Assembly: GCA_043228905.1 (NCBI GenBank)
Contig: JBHGNT010000002.1
Coordinates: forward strand, 18,042,001-18,106,000
DNA: 64,000 nt
Origin: Azolla caroliniana
Taxonomy: Eukaryota; Plantae; Polypodiophyta
Direction of reading: 5' to 3'
Program-made: the position numbers and the translations under genes
Notes under the pieces: generated by a model
The model's database searches: none
The model's input: the letters and a program-made list of their open reading frames with translations, nothing else
What the model was told of the DNA's origin: nothing
Shown here: one piece after another, positions 60,320-64,000 of the stretch
How the letters are laid out: each line of letters opens with the position of its first letter
Numbering within the stretch: position 1 is the first letter of the stretch

Positions 60320-63300
60320 TTTTTTTTATTTTTTTCCCCAAAAAAACTCCTTCCATTAGTTATAAATTTTTTACAGATGAGATTATTATATACAAATCCT
60401 TGTGGGGATGCAATAGGTCCATCTTATATGGATGCCCACCGACTCAATAAAGGGGGAGGACAACCATTGTTGGATGAAGGCTAGTCGTTGTCTTTAAACT
60501 CCATTAGAGTCGCCCTTGAGGCCATCATATTGGCTCTTTAGAGTGGCTACAACTTCACTCCATATCTCTTGCATTAACACTATTGGTTGCGTAGTTTGGT
60601 TGAAGAAGAGCCATCTACACCGTTGTTTCCATAGAATCCAAAGAGTTATTGGGCTGCCCAATTTCTGCTCAAACTTGAGATTTGGCATTGATAGGAGTTG
60701 AGTGAAAAGTGTCGATGGTGGAGAAAAAAACCTCTTGTGCTTTTATCACCAAAGTCATCCCCTCCTCTTGATGCTCGTATCGGTCAACTAGGGCCTACCA
60801 TGATAGCCACCATACATTTCCCCACTTGATTTAGCCTTGCACCTGGCATAATTGCAGTAAGCGGCCAACCCCCCACCATATTCGATGGAACTCTGGGCAG
60901 TCCCATAGAGCGTGTTGGATTGATTCTACTGCATTTGGGTACGCTACATAATTAGGAGAGCTAAGGTTCCCACATTGTCATGCACCAACTGGTAGCGACC
61001 TATGTATTAATAACCTTTGGAAAGTGGTGATTCGCCTCGCATGTTGTTTCCAGATTTTTTGCTCAAACTTGGTGATAATTGTGTGAAGAACATGATATGT
61101 GTGTCAAACCTTTGCAACAACCGGCTCTCGAGCGGTTTGAGCAACTAGAATATGGTGACCCAATTTATTTGTGAACTGAAAGAAAGGGATGGGTTTGCTT
61201 CCTTGCCCCGTGTAAGGATCATGCCATGTCCATTGTAGAGAGTCCCAGCTGACCTTACGTAGTCATGTCTTTTTGTGAGTACATATGTGTCAATCTGGTT
61301 GTACCTTGATTAGATCAAGATCTACAATCCATTTATGCCCAGTATATGCTAGTACTCGAATTGCCTTATTCTGTGTTGGTGTCTCATTGTCTCGAAATTC
61401 AAAGCTTGAGATCTTGTTCGGTGTTTCCCTACCTCTTCGGATCAAAGAGCCCTCCTCCTTGTAGCCTATCCATTTCTCCATTGTCATCCTTTGATTCGTA
61501 GCTTCCCCAATCAGTAGAGCGTTAATGATTTTATATCTCATAGCCTTGCCACCCCTAATTCCATGGAGTATGTTGGCTTGGTCTTATATTGGCAATGACA
61601 TAAACCATCTCCAACATTATATACTTTTTCCTGGACCTTTCGCAATGTATCCCCATGAAAACCCCTTACTTGATCCAATTAGTTGATTAGATTCATCTCG
61701 GATACATGGGTTCCATACGATACGTTGACTGAACCAAGCAGGTTTAGAGTTAGGTTGATCGCACTTGAGCCCTTCTCTAATGTCACACCACGCCTTCCAT
61801 GTGGATGCATTGAATCTATCCTCCAATTAGCGGGAGAAACTAGGTTTGAGATCCATGTTTCGAATCCATCCAATTTGGGGGGCCCAATTGACCCTTTTTT
61901 TGGCTTAAAGTAAGCGGAATGTAAAAGCAATAGCATTTTCCAGCAATCATTCCCTGGTTGGAATCCTCACACCACAAATTTGGCAAGTAGGGCTTTTGAT
62001 TATGAGAGGGGATCAATAAGACCCAATCCTCCTCTCGACTTAGGTGATGTGAGTATAGGCCATGCCACCTTGGCCCGAGATGCATGATCTTCCTTACCAT
62101 ACCAAATGTAGTTGCGTACCAATCGTTGAATTTGGTGTATACTTTCCTTGGAGATTGTCCAACATGATATGTTGTACCATGTTGTTGCGAGTAATACCTA
62201 GTTTGCCACTATGATGTGCCCCACTAGCGAGAGTTTTGTCGAATGGAGTGAATAACTAGTGCAATCATAGTCTCCGGAGGTATGTTGAACCCAATTTAGA
62301 AACCCAAATATTTGGTGCTCGCTCCTTGATTGATCCACTTGAAAGTGGAATGGGGGTGCCATGTAGGATGTGCTTCATGAGAAAGCCATATTGCATAGAA
62401 TTTGTGCCAATTGATCATGACATTGGATCTCTTGCAAAATACATCTAGACCACTTTCTAGCTTTTGTAGATTTTCGAAGTCCCCTTGTAGGTACACAACA
62501 GTGTCATCTGCAAATTCTATATCCAGGAGGCTTTGGTCAGCATGCGGCACACGAAGACCACGTAGGTTTAGATGTCGCGAGTTGAGAAAGCTAGAAAATG
62601 CTTCAAGGTATACTAGAAATAAGGATGGAGCCAAAGGCCATCCCTGTTGTACAGACCGCGGTATTCGGAAGAAGGGGCCCCGTTCCTATAAAGTTCTACA
62701 ATGCCTTGGATCCATTACTCTTGAAAGCCGAGTTTCCCCATCACACTTTCTAGAAAGTTCCAGCATACCCTGTCATATGCTTTCTCAAAATCTAGGAGCA
62801 TCACAACTACCTTGTTGTTGGTACGCTTGCAAGGGCTATCCTTCCCAAAAAGAGAAAAGGTTGTCTAGGATGCTCCGATTTCTAACGAAACTTGTCTGGG
62901 AAAAATGAATGAGTTGAGGGAGAAGTGGTGCTAAGCAGCGTGCCACGGTTCTTGCAAGCAACTTATTGACAGTATTGAGAAGAGTTATGGGTCGCCACTT
63001 ACTAATGTTGTTGGCACTCCCACCACTTTTAGGAATGAGATGTATCATCCCCTATCCAAATTTCTCTAGCATGTTTCCAAAGGTGATGATCTCGTCTTAT
63101 GCTTGGAGGATGTCTTCTTTAATAGTATCCCAAAGGCACGTGAAAAAGTGAGGGGTGCAGTCGTTGATTCGGGAGCAACTATCTGCATCCAAATCGGAGA
63201 GGGCCTCTCGTATCTTGATGTTTGATAAGGGACGCAAAAGCCATGTATTCATATCTGACGTGACTTTCTCGGGTATGCTCTAGAGGATAATATCTTGTCT

Positions 63301-63688
63301 TATGTCTTCCCCTGTGGCTATATTATCTTCAGTAAGTAGTCGCTTATAGTAACTTGTGGCAATATTCCTCATTTCGTCGCTGCCCTCCCTTCCCTTCTAG
63401 GGCCTAGCCTACATAAATGCGGTCGATGCAAGATAGGGTGGGTCCACTATTTCACCCATTTGATTGGGAGAATAAGAGAGAGTCCCTTTTTCGTTGGAAG
63501 TTGTCAGAGTGCCATCTATCTCTCAGGTTAAGGTGTACACATAACTTCTCCCATTGTTTTCGTTTTCTTCCTTGTAGAACTATGGGATTGTTGTTGGAGC
63601 TATTGTGAAGAGATTCGATCATATTAAAATCCCCTCCAATGCACCACTCCTCCGCATCAGCTACTTGTAGGCGAATGCGCTCCCAAAA
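60320..63688 (-). mobile_element. Decayed L1-clade LINE ORF2 (endonuclease-RT), 5' end interrupted
   Basis: EWCIGGDFNMI, IHLIPK..WRPITLLNTVNKL, DFEKAYDRV, APSLF, EFADD, KYLGF, ITLWILWKQRC; T-rich tract at ~60320-60336 is a candidate poly(A) tail. Confidence 0.88.
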
Positions 63689-64000
63689 TATTAGAGACAC
63701 GAACTAAAGTAAGCATTAGATAAGGATAGAATATAGATAGAAAAATAGAAAGGAGAAAGAGAAAGAAGGGTGCCGATACACCCGACCACCCCCGACTGAA
63801 GGGATCAAGGCGGACTCGAGCCTCGATTGGTGTCCCATACCACTGCCGTGGCATCGAGTCGTACCTGGTGTTGGCGTGCTCGCTACAAGAGTTGAACCAC
63901 CACAAGACAGAGTCTCGACGTAGTCAACAAGATGATCAAATGAGGGTAGCTAGACCTCTTATTTATAGCAAAACCCAAGGCCCCTACGCAAGTTCACAAT
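63689..64000 (-). repeat. Possible LTR of another element, running off the window
   Basis: LINE coding stops abruptly; GA-rich tract; CTATAAATA on - at ~63960-63968. Confidence 0.35.

Overview
Eukaryotic, plant-type heterochromatic transposon nest with no recognisable host gene. The element lineages suggest a non-seed plant such as a fern, lycophyte or bryophyte (inference). From left to right: (1) a Tf1/sushi/Tcn1-type Ty3/gypsy element (-) with a self-priming signature and a -1 frameshift site; (2) decayed gypsy relics; (3) a tRNA-Asp-primed Athila-like relic containing Copia-A (11344-30088, TSD ATAAT), which in turn contains Copia-B (13239-18914, TSD ATATT) and a very young, fully open tRNA-Trp-primed gypsy (19347-26451, 4-bp TSD ACGT, slippery site plus pseudoknot); (4) an old relative of that gypsy carrying a hAT MITE (8-bp TSD), a Tnt1-like Copia-D with identical LTRs but broken ORFs, and a TRIM-like tandem LTR derivative; (5) a ~12.9-kb TIR DNA transposon (46793-59730, 4-bp TSD AGAA) with a Sola2-like DDD transposase and a convergent, spliced accessory gene that appears to combine a RING-H2 finger with an FCP1/NIF (CTD-phosphatase-like) domain, interrupted by an RT-less Copia-E; (6) a decayed L1 LINE. 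The Sola2-like element and its cargo gene are the most novel-looking system. All comparisons and counts were made by eye; no database search was run.
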